A stretch of 64,000 nucleotides of DNA from an uncultured bacterium (GTDB lineage Bacteria; Verrucomicrobiota; Verrucomicrobiia; Verrucomicrobiales; DEV007). The DNA lies in assembly GCA_963977015.1 (NCBI GenBank), contig CAXBMO010000002.1, forward strand, positions 64,001 through 128,000, written 5' to 3'. The notes under the pieces were generated by a model. The model saw nothing but the letters and a program-made list of their open reading frames with translations. It made no database searches and was not told the origin of the DNA. The position numbers and the translations under genes are program-made. Below are positions 18,988-29,047 of this stretch, piece by piece (position 1 is the first letter of the stretch; every line of letters begins with the position of its first letter).

Positions 18988-19653
18988 TCATTCCGACGGG
19001 TCGATTTCATACTTCATGAAATGGACGGCAACGGCGCGGAGTCCATCATTGCTAAGATCGTCATATAAAAACACCACGTAGTGCCCGCCCTGCCGCATCT
19101 CCACATTCTCAATGGCTTCGCCCTTGTAAGTGATCGTCACCGTTTGTTTCAGCTTGGCGTCGAACTTTTTCGCACGTTGGCGATTGAGCATCACGGTTTC
19201 GCGGCCAACCGTGACCGGCACCTCAGGCTTCGCCGAGAGCGAAACGACGGAGAGCTGCGGTTCCTGGCGCGCCTCGGACTCTGACAGCTTCGAAAACTTC
19301 AGTTCGGGAACCAGCATTCCGTCGACCTCCTTGAACTGATGATAAACCACAACGCCCACCGTCGCCGCGCCAGGAATCGTAATCTTCTCTTTCAAAACCG
19401 GCGGGTCGCATGCCTCATTCGTGACTTCGATGGTGGTATCGCCGGCCCAGAGGGTGATAACGCCGGAAGATCCCCCGGGTGGAACCGGGTTGCCCTTAAG
19501 GAGTTTCACAGGCCCGATGGTGATTCGGGTTGGCGACTCCAGCCCTACCGCACTGACCACCCTCGCAAAACCATATTGGTCGGGAGTGGGTTTCTCTGCC
19601 AGGCTGGAGGTTGCCATCGCAACCAAGGGAAGGATCAATCGGAGGAGTTTCAC
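18988..19653 (-). CDS. Secreted hypothetical beta-sandwich protein, last gene of the pilin-like cassette
   Basis: GTG start overlaps the stop of the upstream gene by 4 bp; signal peptide; beta-rich. Confidence 0.7.
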   Translation of the reverse strand: MKLLRLILPLVAMATSSLAEKPTPDQYGFARVVSAVGLESPTRITIGPVKLLKGNPVPPGGSSGVITLWAGDTTIEVTNEACDPPVLKEKITIPGAATVGVVVYHQFKEVDGMLVPELKFSKLSESEARQEPQLSVVSLSAKPEVPVTVGRETVMLNRQRAKKFDAKLKQTVTITYKGEAIENVEMRQGGHYVVFLYDDLSNDGLRAVAVHFMKYEIDPSE

Positions 19654-22600
19654 AAGGAACGAACGTTAAGGATACGTAAAATGATGGAACGAAGATCCCC
19701 AGTCTCAGGATCGCGGTCAGGCTCGAGAAAGACTTCGTAAACTTTGGAATCCTGAGCGAGCAACTTGCCGCCTTCGGACACGACAAATCCGTCACCGGCG
19801 GTGCGAGTTTTACTCACGACCCGGCCGTGAGTGTAGATGCGGAAATGCCGTGAGCCCAAGGTGGTGGTATTCAGGATTCGAGCGGCGACTTCTTCACTGA
19901 GGGCATCATCACGGTGCTCCGGCAACGCGCTGGCTTTCTGCTCCGAATCCGTGAATCGCGATTCGGCGACGGCCTCCGCAATTTCGTAAACGAGATCGGA
20001 GCGGGAAAAGTAAGGCCGCCGGTCGTAGAGGCGCGTTGCAATCTCCCGAATCGTCTTTTGCTCGACCTCCGCGCTGTTGGGATCTCGTCGATCAAACTTG
20101 GCGGTTGCGGCCGCGTCTTGATTCAATCCGTGAACGGTCGTTTCAAAATCAACCTTCTCGCCACGCATCACCGCCGACGCATCGATCGACCGGACATCAT
20201 CCTCGGCATTCTCCCGGTCTACCCAATCGGGGTTGTCCTTCATCAAGGCTCCAGACAAAACGCCCTGAAGGAAGGCCTCCAACTCAAACAACGTCGGAAC
20301 GGAATTGATGTTGAGTTGACCGTGAACCCACTCAAAGGGACTGGATGCATGCAGATCTTTGGGATAGATGCTGAGGTAGGGCTCGGATTTGTCCCTGGCC
20401 GACCAGGCATCGGGAGCTGTCGGCGGCGGTTGATGCCACACGGCATCGAACCTGGCATAGGTCTCGGGCGAGTCGTCGGCCTGGAAGTCGGTTAGGTCCT
20501 TGCCGGTTCCGAGTTTGCAGTTCGTTCCCGGCACTCCAAGATGGAAAATATCGAGCAGCTGGGCGGCGCGCTGTCCCATGGTATCAAACCGGGGATGCTC
20601 CCGGCGTCCGATTCGCAGCGTGTTGCCTCCGCCCCAGACGTCACTGGCCTGCGCCGAGGAAGTGAGATCGTGGATCAGACTAACATTCTCGTTGGATGTC
20701 AGCGGATAATAGTCGTAGGGACGAGCATTGCCGTAAGGCTTCCACATCACGGGATCGTAGATGTGACCGAGTTCACTCAACGCAAAGAGGCGCCCCTGAT
20801 TCGACACTCGGAACGGGGCGGGAATGTTCGCCTCGTTCGCTTCGTCAGCCAGTGACTTGAGGTTGGGCATGGTTCTCCCGTTTGAAGTGTAATCATCCTG
20901 GTTATCCGGCATGACGAATTTGGCGGAGTCACTTGAACTGGTTCGAAGCAGGGCGTTGAGAGCACTATTGCTCGTGCTCGAGGGCACATTGTAGGTTGGA
21001 GAATCATAGCCGCCATCCGGCCACTCACTGGGACGAGCCTCCATGTCAAAGCGGGCGCCACGCCCATTCGAACTTCGCTTGTAGAGCTTCCGCAGAAAAT
21101 TGCGCACCCCGGGCGATGCCCAGTTCACATAATAGATCGCCTCCTGGGTATCGCTTACCCAATAATTCATGCGGACATCACCATAGTTGCTGGCCTTGTC
21201 ACCCACGTTGAGGGCTGGCGCAGTCGCAAACATCATGGCGTCTCCCTTGCGAACCTGACCATCACTTCGGCTCCCCTTGTAATCTTTGGCAAAGAGGACG
21301 CCGTCCGTGAATCGAGACACATGCAGCCCATGATCCGGAAAGCCGGTATCGGTTTTTTTGTCCGGCGCCCTACCCGACCTATCAATGACTTTGTCATCGA
21401 GCAGAAGTTCGAAGTGACCGCGTCCATCTTTTCCGTCTGGACCATCGGCACCGGTAAAGACCCAGGGCAAGCCCGGTGTCTTGTCGACATTGAACGACCA
21501 CTCAACCTCTCCAAAATCGACAATGCGAAGTTCATTGCGTTCCAGCGTGCCGGTAAAGGACTGCGGAAACGTCTTCACTTCATCCAGCGTGTGCTCCGTC
21601 CCATCCGCTTCCTGAAAACTCAGCGGCTCGACGAAACTGAATCGAAGCTGCAGATCCGAAACTTGGGAAGGCCGGTTCGTAGGATTCCAAAGCTCCACCC
21701 AGGCTTGGGCGGTAAACGTGAGTGGCCCTCCCCCACTGCTGTCGTCCGGCTTCTCGCTGAGCTCCAAATGGACGAAAAATTCGTTCACCAAGGGATGGTT
21801 GTCGATTCCCCGAAACCGCTCCGCTTCGTCAAATTGCCCGGGATCCGCCAACGTGGGATCCACTCCCTCATCCGCGTAGTCAATCATGCTTGCGATCAAC
21901 GTCCGGTAATAGTGCTCGGGGAAACCGCCATTGCGATCCACAAAATTCGGCAGGCTCTCTTCGAAGTGATCCGCCAACTCGATCACCGCATCGTTGACAC
22001 CATCCGGATCGTCGTCAGCCGCAGCCAACTGCGCTTCATAGATCAGCCCATTCAGGTTCATGGCAGGCTCCCCTTCATTGGGATAGCCATGACCATAGGG
22101 AATCACCGGTTGATGGCGGTAGCCCCGCAGTCCCAAGACAAAACGCTCCTCCAGATCAATGCCAAACCGGTTCCGTTCCTCCGATCCCTGCGGAACCTGC
22201 GCCAACATCACACTGGCTCCGATCGAAGGCAGCACCGACTGGTTGGCCCGAAGATAAGTCGTTCGCCAGTAGGGATGTTCCTCCGCGTCAAACTGGTCCG
22301 TTTGCCAGGGGAAGAAGTGCAATTCCCGCGGGCTCAATCCCGGCGCGACTTGGTTCGCCACAACCTGTGCCGCCCGCCGTCTCCCATCCGCGAAAGTTGC
22401 CTCCGGAATCACTCCGGGAAACTCAAGCACATAGGAATCGAGGGAAGAGTCCTCCAGCGAATAAACAAAGTCCTGCGCCAGGGCCGGATCACCAAGCCTT
22501 GCGTCCCCTTCCTCATAACCACCCCAGCGCAGCGCCTGGCCATTTGCTTTCGACTGGGAAGGAATCCCGATGTTGTCGAGATTGGGATAGCCTTGCAGAT

Positions 22601-23201
22601 CCTCGATCCAGTAGGCGAATTGAAGCGTGTGATTGGATTCCGGAGCGTCGATTTCAAGGAATTGAACCGGTGGCCGCGCATTCTCGCGAACCAACTCACC
22701 GGTATCCGGATCAAGATGAGTGAGTGGAGACAACACGAAAGGACGCGGCGCATCCGGACCAAACGCCGGAATGACCGGAGCGAGTTCGCTCTTGCCGTCA
22801 CTGTCGATCGGGTTGGCGTGAAGATCCGATGGATAGCCCTTCGTCTGGGTCGCGCTGGAGTCGTTCGTTGAAAACAGCGGCAGGTAACGAATCTCATCCG
22901 CACCTGGTTGAATGATGAACGAATAGCGGCTGGGCGGATCGCCGCTCCAATCACCATCAAGAATACTGGTTACCTGATAGCTGTCGTTGGCGGTTTGGCT
23001 CAGGAGGAGATTCTTCGCTGCGGCGAAGGCGGCATCAGTCGCCAGCTCTGCGCGAATGGATTGCGCTCGATAGCCCGAATTGCGATTCTGCTGGCTGGAA
23101 ATGGAAAGCAGCGAAACGGCAAGCGCTGCGATCCCGGCCACAAAGACCAAAGTCAGGACAATGGCCGCACCTCGATGCGATGGGGAAAGTTGCTGATTCA
23201 T
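19650..23201 (-). CDS. Large PilX/GspK-like protein (Verru_Chthon cassette protein A-like)
   Basis: RG|AAIVLTL pilin-like N-terminus, FAYWIED, ASMIDYAD, VELWNP, SELGHI, GGGNTLRIG, GQLNIN and SRHFRIY. Confidence 0.8.
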   Translation of the reverse strand: MNQQLSPSHRGAAIVLTLVFVAGIAALAVSLLSISSQQNRNSGYRAQSIRAELATDAAFAAAKNLLLSQTANDSYQVTSILDGDWSGDPPSRYSFIIQPGADEIRYLPLFSTNDSSATQTKGYPSDLHANPIDSDGKSELAPVIPAFGPDAPRPFVLSPLTHLDPDTGELVRENARPPVQFLEIDAPESNHTLQFAYWIEDLQGYPNLDNIGIPSQSKANGQALRWGGYEEGDARLGDPALAQDFVYSLEDSSLDSYVLEFPGVIPEATFADGRRRAAQVVANQVAPGLSPRELHFFPWQTDQFDAEEHPYWRTTYLRANQSVLPSIGASVMLAQVPQGSEERNRFGIDLEERFVLGLRGYRHQPVIPYGHGYPNEGEPAMNLNGLIYEAQLAAADDDPDGVNDAVIELADHFEESLPNFVDRNGGFPEHYYRTLIASMIDYADEGVDPTLADPGQFDEAERFRGIDNHPLVNEFFVHLELSEKPDDSSGGGPLTFTAQAWVELWNPTNRPSQVSDLQLRFSFVEPLSFQEADGTEHTLDEVKTFPQSFTGTLERNELRIVDFGEVEWSFNVDKTPGLPWVFTGADGPDGKDGRGHFELLLDDKVIDRSGRAPDKKTDTGFPDHGLHVSRFTDGVLFAKDYKGSRSDGQVRKGDAMMFATAPALNVGDKASNYGDVRMNYWVSDTQEAIYYVNWASPGVRNFLRKLYKRSSNGRGARFDMEARPSEWPDGGYDSPTYNVPSSTSNSALNALLRTSSSDSAKFVMPDNQDDYTSNGRTMPNLKSLADEANEANIPAPFRVSNQGRLFALSELGHIYDPVMWKPYGNARPYDYYPLTSNENVSLIHDLTSSAQASDVWGGGNTLRIGRREHPRFDTMGQRAAQLLDIFHLGVPGTNCKLGTGKDLTDFQADDSPETYARFDAVWHQPPPTAPDAWSARDKSEPYLSIYPKDLHASSPFEWVHGQLNINSVPTLFELEAFLQGVLSGALMKDNPDWVDRENAEDDVRSIDASAVMRGEKVDFETTVHGLNQDAAATAKFDRRDPNSAEVEQKTIREIATRLYDRRPYFSRSDLVYEIAEAVAESRFTDSEQKASALPEHRDDALSEEVAARILNTTTLGSRHFRIYTHGRVVSKTRTAGDGFVVSEGGKLLAQDSKVYEVFLEPDRDPETGDLRSIILRILNVRSL

Positions 23202-24472
23202 GAGGCATGAAGAATGGGAACGCGGAAGCGGACGGTTCGAAGGCTGCGCTCAATCAAACGCTTCGCGACGGGATTGCTGCCCGTCGGGAGATCGTCCTCT
23301 CCCCAACTCATGATCCAGTCACTTCGCTCTTCCAGAGGTGCCGCAGCCTCCGGGCCGATCACCGCGAGTGTGATCTCAACAAAGCTGGGAACGATTAACG
23401 CCGGCCATTCGTCGCCTCCCCCCAGACTCAGATAGGTATTGAGCCTCCTGGCGTTCATGAGTTCGACATGATCGACCTGTCCGTCGGCATCAAGAATCTC
23501 GACTCGCCGGAAGGCTTTTGCCTCAAAGCGAACCACGTTGGTCGCGACCGGTTCATCGCCGCGAAGAAAGTCGTGAACGGCATTCTCCGGATCGTGCCAC
23601 GCCTTCAAACCTCCGTCGGGAAGATTCGTGGAGGGCGGCTTTGCCACCAGGTCCTCGGGATCCGCAAATTTCGGCCAGGGCGCAACCGCGGATTCGGGCT
23701 CGATCGTGAGCGCGTTCTTCGTTCGAAATGCGAACAGAAAGGGCAGTTCTTCGTTCCGAAACTGCGCGAGAGGAAGCAGTTCCTCGCTCAAAACATTAGA
23801 TTGATAGCGCAAAATGGTGCTTGCCTGACTTTGTCCGTTCGAAGTCCCACACGGCCGACTGTGGCGATAGAGTTTCAGGCTTGAGCTCGAGCCGGGAAGT
23901 TCTGAATCCCGCGTGTAGGCGACGTAGTATCCCACCAGATAGGTGTCGGCAGCGGCAAAGAACGCCGTCTCTCCGTAAGCATTTTTCTCCAACGCCGGAT
24001 TTCCCAACGCTCCAAATCGTTCCGGCGAGAACGTTTCCGGCAGAATGGATCCGGCATCGCGGCGAAGCGCCACAAAGGAAAGCGAACTAAACTCCGGCGC
24101 GGCATTGACGATTGCTTTTGAAGCGCCATATCCCGATTCGCGATCCACTTCGAAGGGAACAATCAGGCGATCCCGGAAAAACCGGCCTTGTTCAAAAGTG
24201 CCCGCAAAATGACTGGTTCCGGAACTTCGCAATGGCCGGTTGGTGTAGGCGGCGGAGAGATCTTCGGTTAGCCATTGGCGTGCAATCTGAACCTCCATCT
24301 CCGCTTCCTGGCTCCCGATTTTTTGCACCCAACTCCCAGCCGTGGTCGCAAAGAGTTCCGCCAGAAAAACCACCAGGACCGACAGCACCGCCATCGAGAC
24401 CATCAGCTCCAGAAGCGAAAAACCGGCGGCTCGCCGGGTGACGCGATGGAAAGCGCTAGGTATCACTTCCAT
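23198..24472 (-). CDS. Prepilin-type protein (PulJ/PilW-like; Verru_Chthon C-like)
   Basis: G|FSLLELMVSMAVL, VGYYVAY, LYRH and PSFVEITL. Confidence 0.82.
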   Translation of the reverse strand: MEVIPSAFHRVTRRAAGFSLLELMVSMAVLSVLVVFLAELFATTAGSWVQKIGSQEAEMEVQIARQWLTEDLSAAYTNRPLRSSGTSHFAGTFEQGRFFRDRLIVPFEVDRESGYGASKAIVNAAPEFSSLSFVALRRDAGSILPETFSPERFGALGNPALEKNAYGETAFFAAADTYLVGYYVAYTRDSELPGSSSSLKLYRHSRPCGTSNGQSQASTILRYQSNVLSEELLPLAQFRNEELPFLFAFRTKNALTIEPESAVAPWPKFADPEDLVAKPPSTNLPDGGLKAWHDPENAVHDFLRGDEPVATNVVRFEAKAFRRVEILDADGQVDHVELMNARRLNTYLSLGGGDEWPALIVPSFVEITLAVIGPEAAAPLEERSDWIMSWGEDDLPTGSNPVAKRLIERSLRTVRFRVPILHAS

Positions 24473-25022
24473 CCTGACAGCTGAACTGGTTGGTCGCGTT
24501 GAGCAAGGTGGTGAACGTCTCTTCAGCCCCTGGTTTTTTCACCGAAACACAGGCACGAAGCAGACGCGGACTTTCCAGTTCACCGGACGGGGGCAGGACT
24601 TCCTCAAACACAATTTTCGCGACAAAGGCCACCGTTTCATGAATCTCGTTCGTCCGGTTTTGATAGTCCGCTTCCCCCACTTCGCAGACGGGTCCACCGC
24701 TGGCATCATACCCGATATAAACTTCAGTCCCATCAAGGGAGGTAGCGTTTCGGCTCCCGGCGTTCTCCCAAAAAAGCGGGTTCCCGTTCTCATCCTTTCC
24801 AACCGCAATCACGGGGCCGGTGGTAATGGTGCTTTGCCGTAGATCGGCCACAATGTCGCGAACGATCCCAGACGAAGCGAACCGCATTTCAGAATTCAGG
24901 CTGGTTTCGTAACTCATTCCGACCAGCGCCAGCAGTGGTAACGCCACGGTTGCGGTGATCCCGATTGCCAAAATGACTTCGACGAGGGTGAAACCGGCTG
25001 AGCGTGGGGAATTGGTCATCAT
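24456..25022 (-). CDS. Prepilin-type protein (PilV-like; Verru_Chthon B-like)
   Basis: G|FTLVEVILAIGI...LLALV. Confidence 0.82.
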   Translation of the reverse strand: MMTNSPRSAGFTLVEVILAIGITATVALPLLALVGMSYETSLNSEMRFASSGIVRDIVADLRQSTITTGPVIAVGKDENGNPLFWENAGSRNATSLDGTEVYIGYDASGGPVCEVGEADYQNRTNEIHETVAFVAKIVFEEVLPPSGELESPRLLRACVSVKKPGAEETFTTLLNATNQFSCQDGSDT

Positions 25023-25027
25023 CTGGG

Positions 25028-25759
25028 TTAGTAGTTCAGAATATGCGCCCGCCCCGTTAGCGGATTGATGCCGACACAGCGCGTTCTCGGAAACTGGTCG
25101 CCTGTGGTCCCAGTTTGTTGACCCTGATCAACGGGATCTCCGTTCTCGTAGAATCGAGATACGATGCCGACGTTGAGGTATTGCTGGGCAAAAATGGGAG
25201 GAATCCCGACCCGCCCCTGACCATCGAACATGAGAAACGGCAGTTTCAGAGTGTCGTTCTCAAGACGAAACGGGAACTCGCGCAGCAACGCGTTCTCCTC
25301 CGATTCAAGATCCAAAAGCGTTTGAAACGCTCCCTGCAACGGCTGCTCGAAGTCTTTCCCGAAAGCCCAGGTTTGTCCGGCGGGAAGTCTAAACCACTCC
25401 GAAACCGGGACGATTTTGCGCTCGAAGATGTGCCGCTGCTGAACCGCGATTTCCGGACTCGACAAGTCGAGATTTGGATCCGGAATGAACATCGCCATTC
25501 GGCTGAACTTGTGTTCATCGTCCTCCGGTTCTCCGTTGGTGAAGGCGACATACACCTCGGTCCGCCGCGCAACCGCGAGGCTCCGCGCGGATTCCAGAAA
25601 GCCTTTCACCTCGACGATTGCGGCGCCTTGTTCCCGCTGAAACCCACGCAATCCAATCGTAACCATCCCCGTGAGCGCCGACACGGCTCCCAGCACGACC
25701 AGCATCTCGACCAAGCTGAAGGCGCAGGCATGGGGTTGTCTGAATTGAGGTAAGTTCAC
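25028..25759 (-). CDS. Prepilin-type protein (GspH/FimT-like; Verru_Chthon D-like)
   Basis: A|FSLVEMLVV, LESARSLAVARRTEVYVAF, FDGQG and C-terminal INPLTGR. Confidence 0.82.
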   Translation of the reverse strand: MNLPQFRQPHACAFSLVEMLVVLGAVSALTGMVTIGLRGFQREQGAAIVEVKGFLESARSLAVARRTEVYVAFTNGEPEDDEHKFSRMAMFIPDPNLDLSSPEIAVQQRHIFERKIVPVSEWFRLPAGQTWAFGKDFEQPLQGAFQTLLDLESEENALLREFPFRLENDTLKLPFLMFDGQGRVGIPPIFAQQYLNVGIVSRFYENGDPVDQGQQTGTTGDQFPRTRCVGINPLTGRAHILNY

Positions 25760-26011
25760 CTCCGGGCGTAGACGTTGTTAGTTCAAGATTTCACCTCACT
25801 GTCAAACCGCCTTTCAACCACCGTGAGATGACAGAAAGTGGGCACGAAAAGGGTGTCGGTGTGAGGAAACGATGCATATGATGGTCCAGCTTCCCTGGCT
25901 GAAAACCAGAGAACCGTGACGGTATCGTTCCACGCTGGTAGCAGCATCCGTTCCAACTTCCGCTTTGATCGCTGATTTTTGTTTGTCCGTTTTCTCCCCT
26001 CACTCCCAACC

Positions 26012-27769
26012 ATGTCCATCCGTCTTTTCTGGTTCGCTGCAGGGTTCCTGGCAGCAGGTATTTTCGCCCTGGCACTCCACAAAAACGATAAGGAGCCGCC
26101 CTCACTCCTAACGCCTTCCATCCCCATCGTACAGGGAGGCGGGGAATTTTCCCCCTTTGAACAACGCTGGATCCAAACCCGGGGAATCCTGACCTTCATA
26201 GAGGCCAGCTCAAACGGCGTGAAGCGCTTCTTCCTTCAGGATCAGGACCAAGCCATCTATTGCTACCTTCCGAAGCGACTGGATCTCAACATCGAAGTCG
26301 GCCAGTGGGTTACCGTGGAAGGTTTTGTGAAGGAATACAGTCACGAGGATGGGTTTTTCACGAACACGGAAATTACCATTTTGCAGGAGGAACAAGTCAC
26401 GCCCGGTCCAACCGGCGAGCTTCCCGAACCGCACGTGCTTGATCTCTCTCAAATGGCCCAACTTTCCCCGAGCCAGGCGATGGAAGCCTATGAACCCTAT
26501 GAGTCGTTGCTCGTAAAAGTGCAGAACCCGCGGGTTCTCGACCTGTTCAACGACTGGGAGTCCCGGCGAACGTTGGTGGCTGTCATCCCCGATGACATTT
26601 CCACCGATGACCGCAATTCAATCGGCACCCTCACGGCGACGGCAACAGAGAACCCAAATCGCAATTGGAACTCCCGTTATCAATTCGACTTCAACGCGGA
26701 GCGACTTTTCATCGACCACGTCGGCTCATCCAAGATCACCGAGGTCGGAACGCTTTTGGACGACGTCGTGGGCGTTCTCGACCTTTCCCGCGGACAACCC
26801 ATCATTCTGCCGACGACCGACCTGCGAATCCGGGCTCAGGCACAGCACAAAACCGCCAAACTGGAATTGGGAGCTCAAAGTGACCGGATGATGATCGCCA
26901 CCTACAATCTCTGGAATCTCTCGGCGCGAGACACGAGCCGAATCAGCAAAATCGCCCAACAACTCGTTGGAGACCTCCATTCCCCCGATCTCGTCGCACT
27001 TGCCGAAGTCCAGGACGACTCCGGCATCGAAAATTCCATCGCCGATCGCACAACAACCTCCCGGGAATTGGGCGCCAAGCTGACGCAGGCCCTTGCAGAT
27101 GCCGGGGTCGAGTATCGCTACCTCGATCGCGCTCCCGATCGACACCGTGAAGGAGGCATTCCCGGAGGGAATATACGCGTCGGCTTCCTGTATCGGCCCG
27201 ACCGCATTCGGCCAATCGCCGAGCCATTTCGCATTCCATCCGAATCGCGACCAGTCCTAGAACACCTTGCCTTTGAAGGAACCCGAAAGGCGCTGGGCTG
27301 CGAATTCGAGTTTCTGGCCACCAATCGCCCCTTTTTCGCAGTGGCGACGCATCTCAAATCCAAACGCGGTGACGACTCGGTCTGGAAAAAGAGTCCACGT
27401 TTCGAATCCGAGACCCAACGGATCCAGCAATGCCTCACCCTCGTCAATGCGGTCGAAGCCATGAGGTCCCAATCCCCAAATCATCCCGTCATCATGATGG
27501 GCGATTTTAACGACTACGCGAAGTCCAAGTCGCTCCGGGTTCTCACCGAAAGCGGACTTCTTGATAACGTCCTCGATTCACTGCCCCCGAAAGAGCAGTT
27601 CACGTATCGCTACCGGGGCAACGTCAGCACCCTTGACCACATCCTGGTGAGTCCCGATCTCGCAAAATCCGCCAAATGCCAAATCCTTCACCTCAATACC
27701 GTCGCTCTCGACCGAAACCAAATCGCCAGTGACCACGATCCGATTGTCGCGAGCGTTTCGATGAATTGA
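26012..27769 (+). CDS. Extracellular endonuclease/exonuclease/phosphatase-family nuclease with an N-terminal OB-fold (ExeM/YhcR-like)
   Basis: ATYNLWN, LAEVQD, HLKSK, GDFND, LDHILV and SDHDP. Start taken at ATG 26012. Confidence 0.88.
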   Translation: MSIRLFWFAAGFLAAGIFALALHKNDKEPPSLLTPSIPIVQGGGEFSPFEQRWIQTRGILTFIEASSNGVKRFFLQDQDQAIYCYLPKRLDLNIEVGQWVTVEGFVKEYSHEDGFFTNTEITILQEEQVTPGPTGELPEPHVLDLSQMAQLSPSQAMEAYEPYESLLVKVQNPRVLDLFNDWESRRTLVAVIPDDISTDDRNSIGTLTATATENPNRNWNSRYQFDFNAERLFIDHVGSSKITEVGTLLDDVVGVLDLSRGQPIILPTTDLRIRAQAQHKTAKLELGAQSDRMMIATYNLWNLSARDTSRISKIAQQLVGDLHSPDLVALAEVQDDSGIENSIADRTTTSRELGAKLTQALADAGVEYRYLDRAPDRHREGGIPGGNIRVGFLYRPDRIRPIAEPFRIPSESRPVLEHLAFEGTRKALGCEFEFLATNRPFFAVATHLKSKRGDDSVWKKSPRFESETQRIQQCLTLVNAVEAMRSQSPNHPVIMMGDFNDYAKSKSLRVLTESGLLDNVLDSLPPKEQFTYRYRGNVSTLDHILVSPDLAKSAKCQILHLNTVALDRNQIASDHDPIVASVSMN

Positions 27770-27995
27770 ATCCGATCTCGACTGAATCGATGGATTTTCT
27801 CGTGAAAATGGCTCAATTCCGGGATCGAGTTCTCCCAATCGGTCCATCGCCAACGCCCGACTCTGCCAAGAAGGTTGATTCGTTGGGCTGAATGACGTAA
27901 GCTCCGCTTCACGACCAGAGTCAGGTCGGCTCGAATTTTATGCTTGTTGTCCGATTCCCATTTCCGTCAGACCATTAAGGAATCGCTTCTCCATT

Positions 27996-28982
27996 ATGGA
28001 AACCCGAAAGCTCCAGTTCGATAACCCCCATTTTCTTCAATCGCTGTTTGCCAACGATCTGGCGCTCCTGAAATCGCTTCAAAGTTCTGTGGGTGTACGA
28101 GTTACGACCCGTGACAACTGGTTGCAATTCGAAGGGGAACAAGAAGCTGTGGAGCAAGCTCAGGAGATTTTCCAAAATTTGGAAGCCGCCAGGCGAAAGG
28201 GATTGGAAATCAGCCCCCAGGCGTTTCGCTACGTCGTAAGATCCGTTGCAGGCCAGGATGATGAAATCCCTCTCGACAAGTTGGCGGAGGTAAAACTGCT
28301 CGGAACGCCCTCCAAACCGGCCGTTTCCCCGAAAACTGCGGGCCAGCTCCGCTACATCCAAGCCCTTCAAAGCGAAGAAGTTGTGTTTGGGCTTGGCCCC
28401 GCCGGAACCGGCAAGACCTATTTGGCGGTAGCTGCCGCCCTCCAGGCTCTCAAGGAGAAACAAGTGGATCGAATCATTCTGACGCGGCCCGCAGTCGAAG
28501 CAGGCGAAGCGCTGGGATTCCTTCCGGGAGACCTCAAAGAGAAGATTTTTCCGTATTTGCGCCCGCTTTACGATGCGATTCACGATGTTGCAGAAACCTA
28601 CGAGGTGGAACGTTGGATTGAACGCGACATGATCGAAATCGCCCCCCTTGCCTACATGAGGGGTCGAACGCTCAATAAAGCGGCGATTATTTTGGATGAA
28701 GCGCAGAATACGACCTGCGAGCAGATGTTTATGTTTCTGACACGCCTCGGGAACGGATCAAGATGTACGGTTACAGGAGACCCAACCCAGATTGATCTTA
28801 AAAGAGGCACCAAATCCGGCCTCCACGAGGCCATGGAGGCTCTCGAAAACACCGAAAGTGTCAAATTTTGTCAGCTCCAACAGAAGGATATCGCGAGGCA
28901 CCCCGTCGTGCAGCGAATCATCGGGGCATACAGCAAATATCGAGACGAAGCCGACCAACAACCAGGCTCCGCCAAGTCCTGA
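27996..28982 (+). CDS. phoH: PhoH-family ATPase
   Basis: GPAGTGKT, LTRPAVEAGE.LGFLPGD, PLAYMRGRTL and DEAQN. Confidence 0.95.
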   Translation: METRKLQFDNPHFLQSLFANDLALLKSLQSSVGVRVTTRDNWLQFEGEQEAVEQAQEIFQNLEAARRKGLEISPQAFRYVVRSVAGQDDEIPLDKLAEVKLLGTPSKPAVSPKTAGQLRYIQALQSEEVVFGLGPAGTGKTYLAVAAALQALKEKQVDRIILTRPAVEAGEALGFLPGDLKEKIFPYLRPLYDAIHDVAETYEVERWIERDMIEIAPLAYMRGRTLNKAAIILDEAQNTTCEQMFMFLTRLGNGSRCTVTGDPTQIDLKRGTKSGLHEAMEALENTESVKFCQLQQKDIARHPVVQRIIGAYSKYRDEADQQPGSAKS

Positions 28983-29047
28983 TCCGCCGCAGCCCGCCCA
29001 TTCTCAACAGAGCCCGCGCCCTCTCCTTGATTCCATCCTGATCCATC

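Noticed and set aside
21321..22871. 516-aa plus-strand ORF
   Set aside because: Antisense shadow of the 1183-aa cassette gene; no recognisable motifs.
27860..27930. Possible structured RNA upstream of phoH (GACTCTG/CAGAGTC)
   Set aside because: Only a 7-bp inverted repeat, with no riboswitch consensus recognised.
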